Source: a virus
Lineage: Duplodnaviria; Caudoviricetes
Reading direction: 5' to 3' (one strand)
IMG/VR virus record: IMGVR_UViG_3300022890_000430
Coordinates: 1 to 26,661 of that record
Length of the DNA: 26,661 nt
Position numbers and translations under genes: made by a program. Positions 1 through 8,340 of the stretch are shown in pieces (position 1 is the first letter of the stretch; each line of letters opens with the position of its first letter). A model generated the notes under the pieces. It was given only the letters and a program-made list of their open reading frames with translations, had not been told where the DNA came from and did not search any database.

Positions 1-1
1 T

Positions 2-1171
2 ATTTATCTCAAGAGGAAGAAAGGGAAACCAAAACCTTGGACAGATGATGAGGTTTTGCAACAATTCTTCTTCACAAATCCCTACCGAGAAAACGACAAG
101 ACCACTGTCTGGTTTCGGGAAAACATCAGAGACCGCCTAAAAGACTCTCCTGAAGTTTTGTTTGCCACGGTAGCCTTCCGATGGTTCAACAAGATTGAGA
201 CGGGAAGAGCCTTGTTGGAATGGCGCGGTCTTGATTCGCTTACTAGTTGGCGAGGACACACAACTGCTAAGATGTTGAGGAGACGAACTGCTTGTGGTAC
301 AAAAGTATTCACGGGGGCCTACATGATCTCAGCAGCACCTGGCAGCAACAAGGTTGAGCACGTTTGCGAGTGCTTGGATATTGTGTGGAAGGATCGTAGG
401 CTATTAGTCAACGAGCTACTCGGCAAGAGCCTACAGAACGCACACGAGTGGTTAGTCCAATATCCTTATCTCGGAGGGTTCATGGCTTATGAATTGGTTA
501 CCGATCTTCGGTTCACTTACTTGTTACAGAATGCAAGGGACAAGCTCACGTGGTGCAATCCTGGGCCTGGGTGTATTCGTGGATTGTATTGGCTCGCAGG
601 AGAAGAGGAGAAAATAACTTCCAACTCCAGTTGTCCCCCCAAGCCAAAGGATTGGCAAAAACGAATGCGAGACCTGCTCAAAATAACCAGGGAACGCTTG
701 CCCGATATGCCTCGGTTTGAGATGCGGGAGATTGAGCATATTTGTTGTGAGGTTGATAAGTACAATCGCATGTTGTTCAACACTGGTAGGTCAAAGAGGA
801 GGTATGATGGGCAAGTGGCAAAAACCCCATGTGATTTGAGACCCCAAGCAAAAAGAAGCGATGGGTATACCCAGATTGAAAATGGGCAAACAAAGATGAA
901 AAAGCCTCAAGTGGCTATTTTGCATTGTCTGTCGTTGTCAGGGTCTCCATTGTCTCGGAATCAAATTGCAAAGAGATCAAAAGTAGATCCAACAAAAGTG
1001 GGTGATTATGCAGGCCCCCGACCACCAAACCAAACAGATAAGGCTCTCAAGCGCTGGCAGTTTCCGGCGTTGGATACTCTTGGATATGTGCATGTTGAGA
1101 AACATGACATGGGAAGTCGAGACTTACTTTTGTACACGATAACCGAAACCGGCAAGAAAGCAATTCAATGA
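2..1171 (+). CDS. aGPT-Pplase clade 1 / 5-hmdU DNA kinase helical-domain family protein (thymine hypermodification) with C-terminal winged-helix extension; 5'-truncated
   Basis: The frame is open from base 2 (IYLKRKKGKPKPWTDDEVLQQFFFTNPYRENDK). It carries the family motifs PWT.D..L..F.N..RE.D, FRWFNK.ET, GGFMAYE...D, GPG...G and IEH..CE.DKY.R. The last ~90 aa (from ATG 896) look like a wHTH (..LGYV..YTITETGK). Confidence 0.8.
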   Translation: MYLKRKKGKPKPWTDDEVLQQFFFTNPYRENDKTTVWFRENIRDRLKDSPEVLFATVAFRWFNKIETGRALLEWRGLDSLTSWRGHTTAKMLRRRTACGTKVFTGAYMISAAPGSNKVEHVCECLDIVWKDRRLLVNELLGKSLQNAHEWLVQYPYLGGFMAYELVTDLRFTYLLQNARDKLTWCNPGPGCIRGLYWLAGEEEKITSNSSCPPKPKDWQKRMRDLLKITRERLPDMPRFEMREIEHICCEVDKYNRMLFNTGRSKRRYDGQVAKTPCDLRPQAKRSDGYTQIENGQTKMKKPQVAILHCLSLSGSPLSRNQIAKRSKVDPTKVGDYAGPRPPNQTDKALKRWQFPALDTLGYVHVEKHDMGSRDLLLYTITETGKKAIQ

Positions 1172-2343
1172 TACATAAGAAAACAGGAAGCAAGAAACGT
1201 AGGCATAAGAAAGTGGGAAGCAAGAAGCAATTGAAGATTAAATTGCGCCCTAAGTATGTTTATCCTGACGTAGAAGTCCGGGTTTGTGTTGGCAACGAGG
1301 CGTTAACTTGTGCCCACGCCAAGCAATTACTCGGATGGAAGACAGAAACAAGAACAGTCAAGTTCCACGATAGGTACTTGTTTAAGGATGAAGAAAACTG
1401 TAAGGTGCAATGTAGTTGCAATCGCAAGAACCGCCCATTTGATGATTCATGGGCAAGGTCTATAGCCCAAGACATACTCAACAAGCGATGGAAGTTGAAC
1501 TTGGAAACAATTATCATCGGCCGGGATGGGCAAGTTTTAAGCGGGCAACACAGACTTATTGGGTTGATTCTTGCATGTCAACTATGGCAAAAACATTCCT
1601 ATTGGTCCAAAGTGTGGAACACGGAACCAAGTATCGAAACATTGGTTGCATTTGGGGCTGATGAAAGTGAAGAAGCAACGAGGACATTGGATAACGTAAA
1701 GCCCAGAACGTTGGCGGACGTTTTGTTTATGTCTAAGACGTTTGCCCAACACCGCCCGAAAGACCGCAAACCAATCACACGCATTTTGGACTACGCTGTC
1801 CGCTTACTATGGAAGCGTACTGGCGCATCTAATAACGCATTCTTGCCGAGAAGAACACACAGCGAAGCTCTGGAGTTCATTTCTAATCACCCCAAGATTG
1901 TGCCTTGCGTCAAGCATGTCTACGACGAAGATTGTGCTGGGTCAATAAAGAAATATATCAGTTTGGGTTATGCTGCTGGGCTAATGTACCTTATGGCTGC
2001 TTCTGATAGTGACTATGATGCATATTCAGATAAGGAGCCCCATGGTGAATCCAGACTGATTATGACTCAATGGGAAATTGCTGCCGAGTTTTGGAGTGAG
2101 TTTTCAGTTGGCGACTCATTGAAACCTCTGCAACGATCCTTGAATAAGTTAGCGGAAAACCTTGAAGAAGATACCAATGTACAAATAGGAGAAAAGCTTG
2201 CCATGATTGTCAAAGCTTGGCAAGTGTTCAGAAAAAAGAAACGCTTGGTTATGAGCGATTGTGCTTTGGCTTATACTCAAGACGAAGCTGGGTTCAGAGT
2301 TCTTGATGAACACCCAAGAATGGGAGGTATCGACATTGGCTAG
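1168..2343 (+). CDS. ParB/Srx-like (DGQHR-type) domain protein
   Basis: NRP...WKLNLETIIIGRDGQVLSGQHRL motif; basic N-terminus; ATGA overlap with the upstream gene. Confidence 0.6.
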   Translation: MIHKKTGSKKRRHKKVGSKKQLKIKLRPKYVYPDVEVRVCVGNEALTCAHAKQLLGWKTETRTVKFHDRYLFKDEENCKVQCSCNRKNRPFDDSWARSIAQDILNKRWKLNLETIIIGRDGQVLSGQHRLIGLILACQLWQKHSYWSKVWNTEPSIETLVAFGADESEEATRTLDNVKPRTLADVLFMSKTFAQHRPKDRKPITRILDYAVRLLWKRTGASNNAFLPRRTHSEALEFISNHPKIVPCVKHVYDEDCAGSIKKYISLGYAAGLMYLMAASDSDYDAYSDKEPHGESRLIMTQWEIAAEFWSEFSVGDSLKPLQRSLNKLAENLEEDTNVQIGEKLAMIVKAWQVFRKKKRLVMSDCALAYTQDEAGFRVLDEHPRMGGIDIG

Positions 2344-3103
2344 TAAGTATAGAGAAGTGAGTATGAAGGCTTGCCGTAGTTTGGTGATTCCATATCACTA
2401 CAGCGGCAGAATGCCAAGTAACGTCCAGTTGTGTTATGGGGACGTGGTTACTCCACCATTATCAGTTGTGGCTTGTTGTATATTTTCAATTGCTACTGGA
2501 AGGTGGGAAGTTCACAATCTGTGGGAACTTACTCGCCTTGTGCGGTTGCCCGAGTATGATAAGCCACTAACGAGGATGATTGGTAATGCAATTGGGCATA
2601 TAAGGAAGCACAAATTAGCCAATTTGGTGCTCTCGTTTGCTGACATTGAAGAGGACCATCACGGAGGAATTTACCAAGCTGCGTCATGGATTTACAGCGG
2701 GACAACCAAGAAGAGACTAGATGGGTTTAATATTGACGGTGTTTTTGTGCCAGCCAGAACTTGCAACCAACGACACGGTACAAGTTCAGTAAGTGACCTA
2801 AAGAAATCTATGCCAAATTCACAAGTGACACCTCATTTTGATCTTGGCAAGCATTTGTATTGGAAACCAATCAACAAGGCTGGCATGAAGAAGGCGGTAG
2901 AGATGGGGCTGAAGAGTCTCGCCTACCCTAAGCCAATGTTGGCGCGTGGTAAGACGAGAAACACGATTAGATCATCGAACCAAGACCATAAGGGCAAGGT
3001 GGTATTGCCATGTGGAGGATCACAAAATAGCATTGAAGAAGGACAACCGACCAAGATGCTTATTGGTAGAGGAGTGGTCCCAATAAAAAAGCCCCAGAAG
3101 TAA
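2336..3103 (+). CDS. Mom-like GNAT DNA (adenine) modification enzyme
   Basis: Motifs YHYS, ELTRLV and LVLSFAD.E..HHGGIYQAASWIYSG are typical of the Mu Mom family. The likely start is TTG 2336, 7 nt after a perfect GGAGGT SD. Confidence 0.75.
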   Translation: MASKYREVSMKACRSLVIPYHYSGRMPSNVQLCYGDVVTPPLSVVACCIFSIATGRWEVHNLWELTRLVRLPEYDKPLTRMIGNAIGHIRKHKLANLVLSFADIEEDHHGGIYQAASWIYSGTTKKRLDGFNIDGVFVPARTCNQRHGTSSVSDLKKSMPNSQVTPHFDLGKHLYWKPINKAGMKKAVEMGLKSLAYPKPMLARGKTRNTIRSSNQDHKGKVVLPCGGSQNSIEEGQPTKMLIGRGVVPIKKPQK

Positions 3104-3112
3104 TCCGGGGCT
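3083..3112 (-). terminator. Rho-independent terminator for the minus-strand regulator gene
   Basis: The minus strand reads AGCCCCGGA-TTACT-TCTGGGGCT followed by TTTTT; it lies at the junction of convergent genes. Confidence 0.75.
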
Positions 3113-3134
3113 AATGTCTCACTTGGGGTTTGGT

Positions 3135-3542
3135 CTATTTGACTTTGGCAGCCATTTTGCGTCCAATTGCTGTGATGATGTAAGTGTGCCCTCTGACGTT
3201 TTCTTGGGTGCCGATTGACACAATCCTCCTGGATTCAAGGCTCTTGAGGGAAGTCAACCACTTGCCACTGTACTTGTTATCCCGACCGATGCCAACTTTG
3301 TCCTTAAGGTCAGCCATGGAAATAGCTTCCTTGCGGTTGGTTAGAGCCCGGACGATGCGAACTTGGTCAATATCCAAATTAACTTTGGATGCAACTTCCT
3401 TGGCACCATCTTTCTTCACTGACTTCTTCGTTTCTTTCTTCGTCGTCTTCTTCTTCTTCGGGGCTGCCTTCTTCGTCGTCTTCTTAGCAGGTGCCTTCTT
3501 GGCAGTGGGCTTCTTGGCAGTGGGCTTCGTGACTTTCTTCAT
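3135..3542 (-). CDS. Histone H1-like (AKK-repeat) N-terminus fused to a winged-helix DNA-binding domain
   Basis: ATG 3542 is preceded by a GAGGAG SD. The protein has a KPTAKKPTAKKAPAKK Lys/Ala/Pro tail followed by a wHTH-like domain ending YIITAIGRK. It has its own promoter and terminator. Confidence 0.75.
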   Translation of the reverse strand: MKKVTKPTAKKPTAKKAPAKKTTKKAAPKKKKTTKKETKKSVKKDGAKEVASKVNLDIDQVRIVRALTNRKEAISMADLKDKVGIGRDNKYSGKWLTSLKSLESRRIVSIGTQENVRGHTYIITAIGRKMAAKVK

Positions 3543-3600
3543 CGTTTCGCTCCTCGAATTGGGGTTGTGTGTTGAGCATGTCGTATGCCCGACTATGCCT

Positions 3601-3629
3601 GTTATAACTAGGGTATCGACGGATTGCAA
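3601..3629 (-). promoter_or_regulatory. Sigma70-type promoter for the H1-like/wHTH gene
   Basis: Minus strand TTGCAA-17 nt-TATAAC, about 60 nt upstream of ATG 3542. Confidence 0.7.
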
Positions 3630-3663
3630 TACCAATCAGTAGGAAATCTTTGAAGATGGCTCC

Positions 3664-3693
3664 TTGGAAAGCCCTAAACCCTCATGTTATAAT
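3664..3693 (+). promoter_or_regulatory. Divergent promoter for the nucleotide-metabolism/replication operon
   Basis: TTGGAA-18 nt-TATAAT with an extended -10 (TGTTATAAT). Confidence 0.6.
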
Positions 3694-3745
3694 AGGTTAA
3701 GGCTGGGAAAATAGTTTTTGGATTCTTGGAATCTGGGGTTGAATT

Positions 3746-4309
3746 ATGAGGATTCTGCTTGATTGTCACGAGGTTTTGGCTGATTTTACGGGGGCTGCCC
3801 TGAAGATTCACGGTTACAGTCGGAAAGAGTTTGAGGCTTTGCCCTCGTATATTCCTGGGGCATGGGACCTAGCTAGACAGTTGGGGCTATCTGACGAGGA
3901 TTTTTGGTACCCGATCAATCGGGCTGGGGAAGGTTTTTGGCGTGATCTTCTCATGCTCCCCGAAGCACCTTATTTAATTCATTGGTTGGATACTCAACGG
4001 CTGTCTTTAATTGAGGAATGGTACATTGTTTCCAGCCCTTCTCAACACACTTCAAGTTATGCTGGGATTCGTGCATGGGTGCAAGAGCATCTAGGGATGG
4101 ATTGGAACCGATTGGTTCTCACGAATCACAAGCACCTATTAGCCAACCCAGATACTATCTTGATTGACGACAGTGAATCCAATACTGCGCAGTTTGAGAG
4201 GGCGGGAGGCAATGCCATCCTATATCCTGCTTGGTGCAATCATCTCCACGCTTGTGATGACCCACTGGGGTACACACTCAAAAACCTAGACCACTCCCTC
4301 AAATGCTAA
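3746..4309 (+). CDS. HAD-family 5'(3')-deoxyribonucleotidase (NT5C-like)
   Basis: Motif I is ILLDCHEVLADF (DxD variant); FW..L...P; motif IV is ILIDDS..N. Confidence 0.8.
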   Translation: MRILLDCHEVLADFTGAALKIHGYSRKEFEALPSYIPGAWDLARQLGLSDEDFWYPINRAGEGFWRDLLMLPEAPYLIHWLDTQRLSLIEEWYIVSSPSQHTSSYAGIRAWVQEHLGMDWNRLVLTNHKHLLANPDTILIDDSESNTAQFERAGGNAILYPAWCNHLHACDDPLGYTLKNLDHSLKC

Positions 4310-4327
4310 CCAACGGAGAAGCCTGTT

Positions 4328-6247
4328 ATGCACTTCCATTTTCGTAATGTCAACGATGCTTTTGATCGACTAGTCAACGGGATAGCTCTAAAGTCTATTC
4401 CAACCGTTGAATGGCCTAGCCGTAATGGCCTCGTACTCAAAGTCACTGAACCAGTATTGGTCTCCTACACTCATCCTCTCCAGAGAGTGCTGTTCAATTC
4501 AGAAAGAGACGCCAACCCATTCTTTCATTTGTTTGAGTCTCTGTGGATGCTCTCAGGATCAAACAAAGTACAGCCGTTGGCGTATTACAACAGCAACATT
4601 GGCAACTACTCTGACGATGGGGAGAAGTTCCATGGGGCTTATGGCCATCGTTGGCGGGTTGCCTTTGGGATGGATCAACTACTGAGGATTGCAGACGCAT
4701 TGGAAGCTGACCCCGATTGCCGTCGTCAGGTATTGTCTATCTGGTCTCCAACAAAAGACTTGGAGACAGATTCAAAAGATTTGCCTTGTTTGGCAGGCAA
4801 TACAAAGTTTAGGTCTCCTGAGGGAGACCAAACTATCCAATGGTTGGCTAAGAAATTCCAGACTCAAAATACATTTAAGTATCCAGTATACACTGTGGAT
4901 ACTGGCACAGGAGATCAGCGATTGGCTTGGATGACTAACGCTTGGAAGTCTGGTAAAAAAGAAGTCTACCGAATCAAGTTTGATGATAACTCTTCAGTTT
5001 TAGCTACAAATGACCATTTGTTCTACCGCAAAACAAGAAGGTTTGAAGGAAGCCGTTGTGTGGGATTATCGGTGCAAGAATGCACTTTGGGTAATTTAGT
5101 TGTTGGCGATCATGTAGTTGCAGCTCTTCCAGAAACTGCGGCAAGTAGGTATTGCCCAAAGGGATATTTACAGTTCAAACGGAATCTTTACAGAAACACT
5201 TCAGGAGTTAATCTCAAAAGGGAGCACAGAGAGTATTTTGGTCTTGTTGAGCCAATACACAGAGGATTTGCAATACACCACAGAGATGGTAATATCTTGA
5301 ATAACCAATTTGATAATTTACAACAAATGGAAGCAAGCCAACACAATGCTATAGGTAAGTTTGGTGCGAATAATCCCCATTGTAAAATGACAGAATCCCA
5401 AAAAGATGCAAGAGGCAAAAAACACTCCGCTAGCTTGAAGAGACACTATGCCGGATTAACACCCGAACTTAGAAAAGCACTACAGCAACGTAAGGCGTTT
5501 CGTACTGAAGAACAATGGGAGATGATCCAAGAGTATCAAGCATCAAAAGGGAATCATCGTGTAGTGAGCGTAGAGAGGGCCGGAACGTTGGCTGTGTATG
5601 ATTTTGAGGTTCCTGGAAGGCATAATGCAGTATTAAGCAATGGGGTGCTTGTGCATAATTGCAATACCAACGTCTATTTCTCTGTTCATCATCAAGAAAG
5701 AGACATGGCAGTTTGGAAAAGCTATCTAGACATGACTGTTTGCAATCGTAGCAACGACTTGGTTTGGGGAATGTTGGGAGCAAACGTCGTACACTATTCG
5801 TTTCTCTTGGAGTACATGGCAAAGCGTATTGGTGTTGAGGTTGGCACCTATCACCACCTGACAAACAACTTGCACGTCTACAAAGACAAGTGGGAGCCTA
5901 AAAAGTGGGCTAGCAATTTCTCGATGGATTATCAAAAGCCATGGGAGCTGATACCACTGGTAGACAACCCAGACGTATTTGACATGGAAGTTATTCGCTT
6001 TGTTTCTCGTGGGATAGACCAAGAGTTTACTGAGCCATTTCTCCGCAACGTAGCCCAACCTATGTGTGCCGCATACAGAGCGCACAAGCAACGGAGGTAC
6101 TATGGAGACAATAACGCTTTGACTTTAATGAGTCGGGTACATGCGCCCGATTGGAAGGAGGCAGGGACAGCTTGGATAGAAAAAAGAAAAGAGGCTTGGG
6201 AACACAAAAGCAAAGTAGCCCCTTCAGGAAATCAATCTGATGGTTAA
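4328..6247 (+). CDS. Thymidylate-synthase-fold enzyme, probable dUMP hydroxymethylase, intein-containing
   Basis: SRNG, R.ANPFFHL.E.LWML.G, GAYG.RWR, the spliced DLP/CNT active site, RSND..WG..GAN (Asn suggests dUMP specificity) and NNLHVY. It lies in the same module as an aGPT-Pplase1 gene. Confidence 0.85.
   Translation: MHFHFRNVNDAFDRLVNGIALKSIPTVEWPSRNGLVLKVTEPVLVSYTHPLQRVLFNSERDANPFFHLFESLWMLSGSNKVQPLAYYNSNIGNYSDDGEKFHGAYGHRWRVAFGMDQLLRIADALEADPDCRRQVLSIWSPTKDLETDSKDLPCLAGNTKFRSPEGDQTIQWLAKKFQTQNTFKYPVYTVDTGTGDQRLAWMTNAWKSGKKEVYRIKFDDNSSVLATNDHLFYRKTRRFEGSRCVGLSVQECTLGNLVVGDHVVAALPETAASRYCPKGYLQFKRNLYRNTSGVNLKREHREYFGLVEPIHRGFAIHHRDGNILNNQFDNLQQMEASQHNAIGKFGANNPHCKMTESQKDARGKKHSASLKRHYAGLTPELRKALQQRKAFRTEEQWEMIQEYQASKGNHRVVSVERAGTLAVYDFEVPGRHNAVLSNGVLVHNCNTNVYFSVHHQERDMAVWKSYLDMTVCNRSNDLVWGMLGANVVHYSFLLEYMAKRIGVEVGTYHHLTNNLHVYKDKWEPKKWASNFSMDYQKPWELIPLVDNPDVFDMEVIRFVSRGIDQEFTEPFLRNVAQPMCAAYRAHKQRRYYGDNNALTLMSRVHAPDWKEAGTAWIEKRKEAWEHKSKVAPSGNQSDG
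4787..5659 (+). mobile_element. Intein (291 aa) with HNH homing endonuclease, inserted before the catalytic Cys
   Basis: N-terminus CLAGNT, block B ATNDHLF, HNH motif HHRDGNILNNQFDNL, C-terminus VYDFEV...VLVHN followed by +1 Cys. Confidence 0.92.
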
Positions 6248-6809
6248 GCCTGTACTTACTAAGAGAAACTTTGTCAAGAGGTATGCCAAGGGGGAATTTG
6301 GAAATCACTCTCCCACTTGGAAGGCTCTTGATCGTTGGCTACTGGACCAACGCATTCCAGGAACTAATCCAAGGGCTTTGTTTCATATCCGAAACAGAGT
6401 GGCGGGCGGGCCTACTTGGTACAATCTGCTGGCTCGGGAAGTAGTGACTACTTGGGGGAAGATTACAGCAAACGGGGTTGATCCTAGCACGTTGTATATC
6501 AGTGCAATGGCTCCAAGCGAAAAGACAATCTTTCAAGGAGAGGTTTCAAGAGGAGTCTGGAGCTATGAGCTAACCTATACGACTGTTGCTAAGCCTATGA
6601 GGGAAGCGCTTAAAGAACAGACACATGTGGCAAGGGGTATAATAGCAATCACCCTCTTGAGAAAATTCTTGTGTGAAAGAAGCTATGATTGGTTGATGTA
6701 CTTGTTGGACAATTACGAAGGCCATACGGTTGAGTTTTCTACCTACAGCGTAGAGTGGGGAACACTGCCTGGCTACAACACAGTTTTTTGGGAGGTGAGA
6801 AAATACTGA
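6240..6809 (+). CDS. Hypothetical protein in the DNA-modification operon
   Basis: 189-aa ORF overlapping both neighbours; C-terminal VEFS...G...VFWEVR. Confidence 0.7.
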   Translation: MVKPVLTKRNFVKRYAKGEFGNHSPTWKALDRWLLDQRIPGTNPRALFHIRNRVAGGPTWYNLLAREVVTTWGKITANGVDPSTLYISAMAPSEKTIFQGEVSRGVWSYELTYTTVAKPMREALKEQTHVARGIIAITLLRKFLCERSYDWLMYLLDNYEGHTVEFSTYSVEWGTLPGYNTVFWEVRKY

Positions 6810-7450
6810 TGCAAGCGAACCAATACCAACGACTCGCGGAACGTACAGAATGCAATCAAACAGTTTCGCGAAACAGAATGAAGGCCTTGGTGAAAGGGCT
6901 GCCTGTACCTGTGAGACTAAACCACGCTGTCTTGGGGTTGTGTGGGGAGGTGGGAGAGTTGGCAGCAGCTATCGAGCGGTGGATATACTATGGACAACCT
7001 CTGGATGAGACTAACCTCCAAGAAGAGTTGGGGGATTGTCTTTGGTATATGGCTGAGGCTTGTAATGCAGCCGGGTTTAGTTTAGAGGCTATCATGGAGG
7101 CTAACATCCAAAAGCTTCAAAAGAGGTATCCTGAAAAGTTTTCCGAGTCCCAAGCAGTAGAAGAGAACCGAGATAGGGAAAAAGAGGCAGAGATCATCAA
7201 GAAGACAGCAACGAAGACGCCAGAAGAACCAGAAGAAAGAGCTGAAGAGAAGGCAATACAGGTTGAGGCGCATGAGGCTTACCATAGCGTGGTGTGTGGG
7301 TCTTGTTGTGAGGGAGCATCTTTCGGGAGTCAAGAGGACACCAACAGCTATTCCCGCAAGTGTTCTCGATGCAAAAGAACACCCATTCACGATAACAATT
7401 CATCAGGACTTTGTCCTGACTGCTATGCAGAGGAGAACCCACAAGCATGA
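6809..7450 (+). CDS. MazG-like NTP pyrophosphohydrolase with C-terminal Cys-rich (Zn-binding) extension
   Basis: LGLCGEVGELA, EELGDCLWY, NIQKLQKRYP. ATG 6809 follows GGAGGT and overlaps the upstream stop (TGATG). CxxC pairs occur at the C-terminus. Confidence 0.85.
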   Translation: MQANQYQRLAERTECNQTVSRNRMKALVKGLPVPVRLNHAVLGLCGEVGELAAAIERWIYYGQPLDETNLQEELGDCLWYMAEACNAAGFSLEAIMEANIQKLQKRYPEKFSESQAVEENRDREKEAEIIKKTATKTPEEPEERAEEKAIQVEAHEAYHSVVCGSCCEGASFGSQEDTNSYSRKCSRCKRTPIHDNNSSGLCPDCYAEENPQA

Positions 7451-8340
7451 AACGATTAAAGGATTATCCCCAAGAGTTGAGACCTTACGTTTTTCATGGT
7501 TTGGATTTGCAATGGAGAGAGGGAGAGAAACAAGCGTCAGCCGATTGTCCTTGGTGTGGTAGAGAAGGCAAGTTTAGCATTGAAGTCAAAACTGGGTGTT
7601 GGAATTGCTTTGTCTGTGGTGAAGGAGGAAAGAAAGGCGGAGGGAATGCTCAATCGTTTGTTCAGTTGCTTTGGAAGAAAAGTGATGCAGCCACAAGCAA
7701 ATACAAACTGCTGACAAAGGATCGAGGACTGGTCTTCTCTGAAACCTTGATGCACTGGGGAGCCGTTAAGTCAACAATTGATCGGTGTTGGATGCTTCCC
7801 GGTTATTCTGCTCAAGGTAAGCTTGTCCAACTTTACCGATACATTTCTATCAAGGGCCGATACATTTCTATCAAGGGGTGGAAGGTTTTGTTGCCCACTC
7901 CCACCCTTCATCACGGAATGTTTGGTATCCCTTTGTTTGATAAGAGTAAGCCTCAAACATTTATCTGCGAGGGGCCTTGGGATGCAATGGCCTTATGGGA
8001 AGTGCTAGGCAACGCGAAGGAAACTGAGGGGGGTGGGCTAGCGCTAACCTCAAACAAAACGAAAAGCCTTCTCTCCAAGATCAACGTGGTTGGAGTCCCT
8101 GGCTGCAACTCTCCGTTGGATCGATGGTCTGGATTGTTTCAAGGGCAAAACGTTCGGCTACTATTTGACAGCGACCATCCCCAAGGAAAGAAGAAAACAT
8201 CGGCAGGTTACACTGGCATGAAGCGTGCTGCCTCTATTCTCTCCAAGGTGTCTTCGGTAGGCTACCTAAAATGGGGAGAATTAGGTTATGATCCCGAGTT
8301 ACCAAGTGGTTTTGATGTGAGGGACTTTCTCAATGCCTAA
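7447..8340 (+). CDS. DNA primase (Zn finger plus TOPRIM)
   Basis: CPWC...CFVC Zn finger, ICEGPWDAMAL, GVPG, LLFDSD, GFDVRDF. Confidence 0.85.
   Translation: MKRLKDYPQELRPYVFHGLDLQWREGEKQASADCPWCGREGKFSIEVKTGCWNCFVCGEGGKKGGGNAQSFVQLLWKKSDAATSKYKLLTKDRGLVFSETLMHWGAVKSTIDRCWMLPGYSAQGKLVQLYRYISIKGRYISIKGWKVLLPTPTLHHGMFGIPLFDKSKPQTFICEGPWDAMALWEVLGNAKETEGGGLALTSNKTKSLLSKINVVGVPGCNSPLDRWSGLFQGQNVRLLFDSDHPQGKKKTSAGYTGMKRAASILSKVSSVGYLKWGELGYDPELPSGFDVRDFLNA
7836..7877 (+). repeat. Perfect 21-bp tandem duplication in the primase
   Basis: CCGATACATTTCTATCAAGGG x2, encoding RYISIKG twice. Confidence 0.95.

Noticed and set aside
56-58. ORF-track start at TTG 56
   Set aside because: Conserved PWTDD residues lie upstream in the same open frame; the true start is outside the window.
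3184-3642. 152-aa hydrophobic plus-strand ORF
   Set aside because: It is the antisense shadow of the Lys-rich gene (AAG/AAA codons read as Phe/Leu). The promoter, SD and terminator all support the minus strand.
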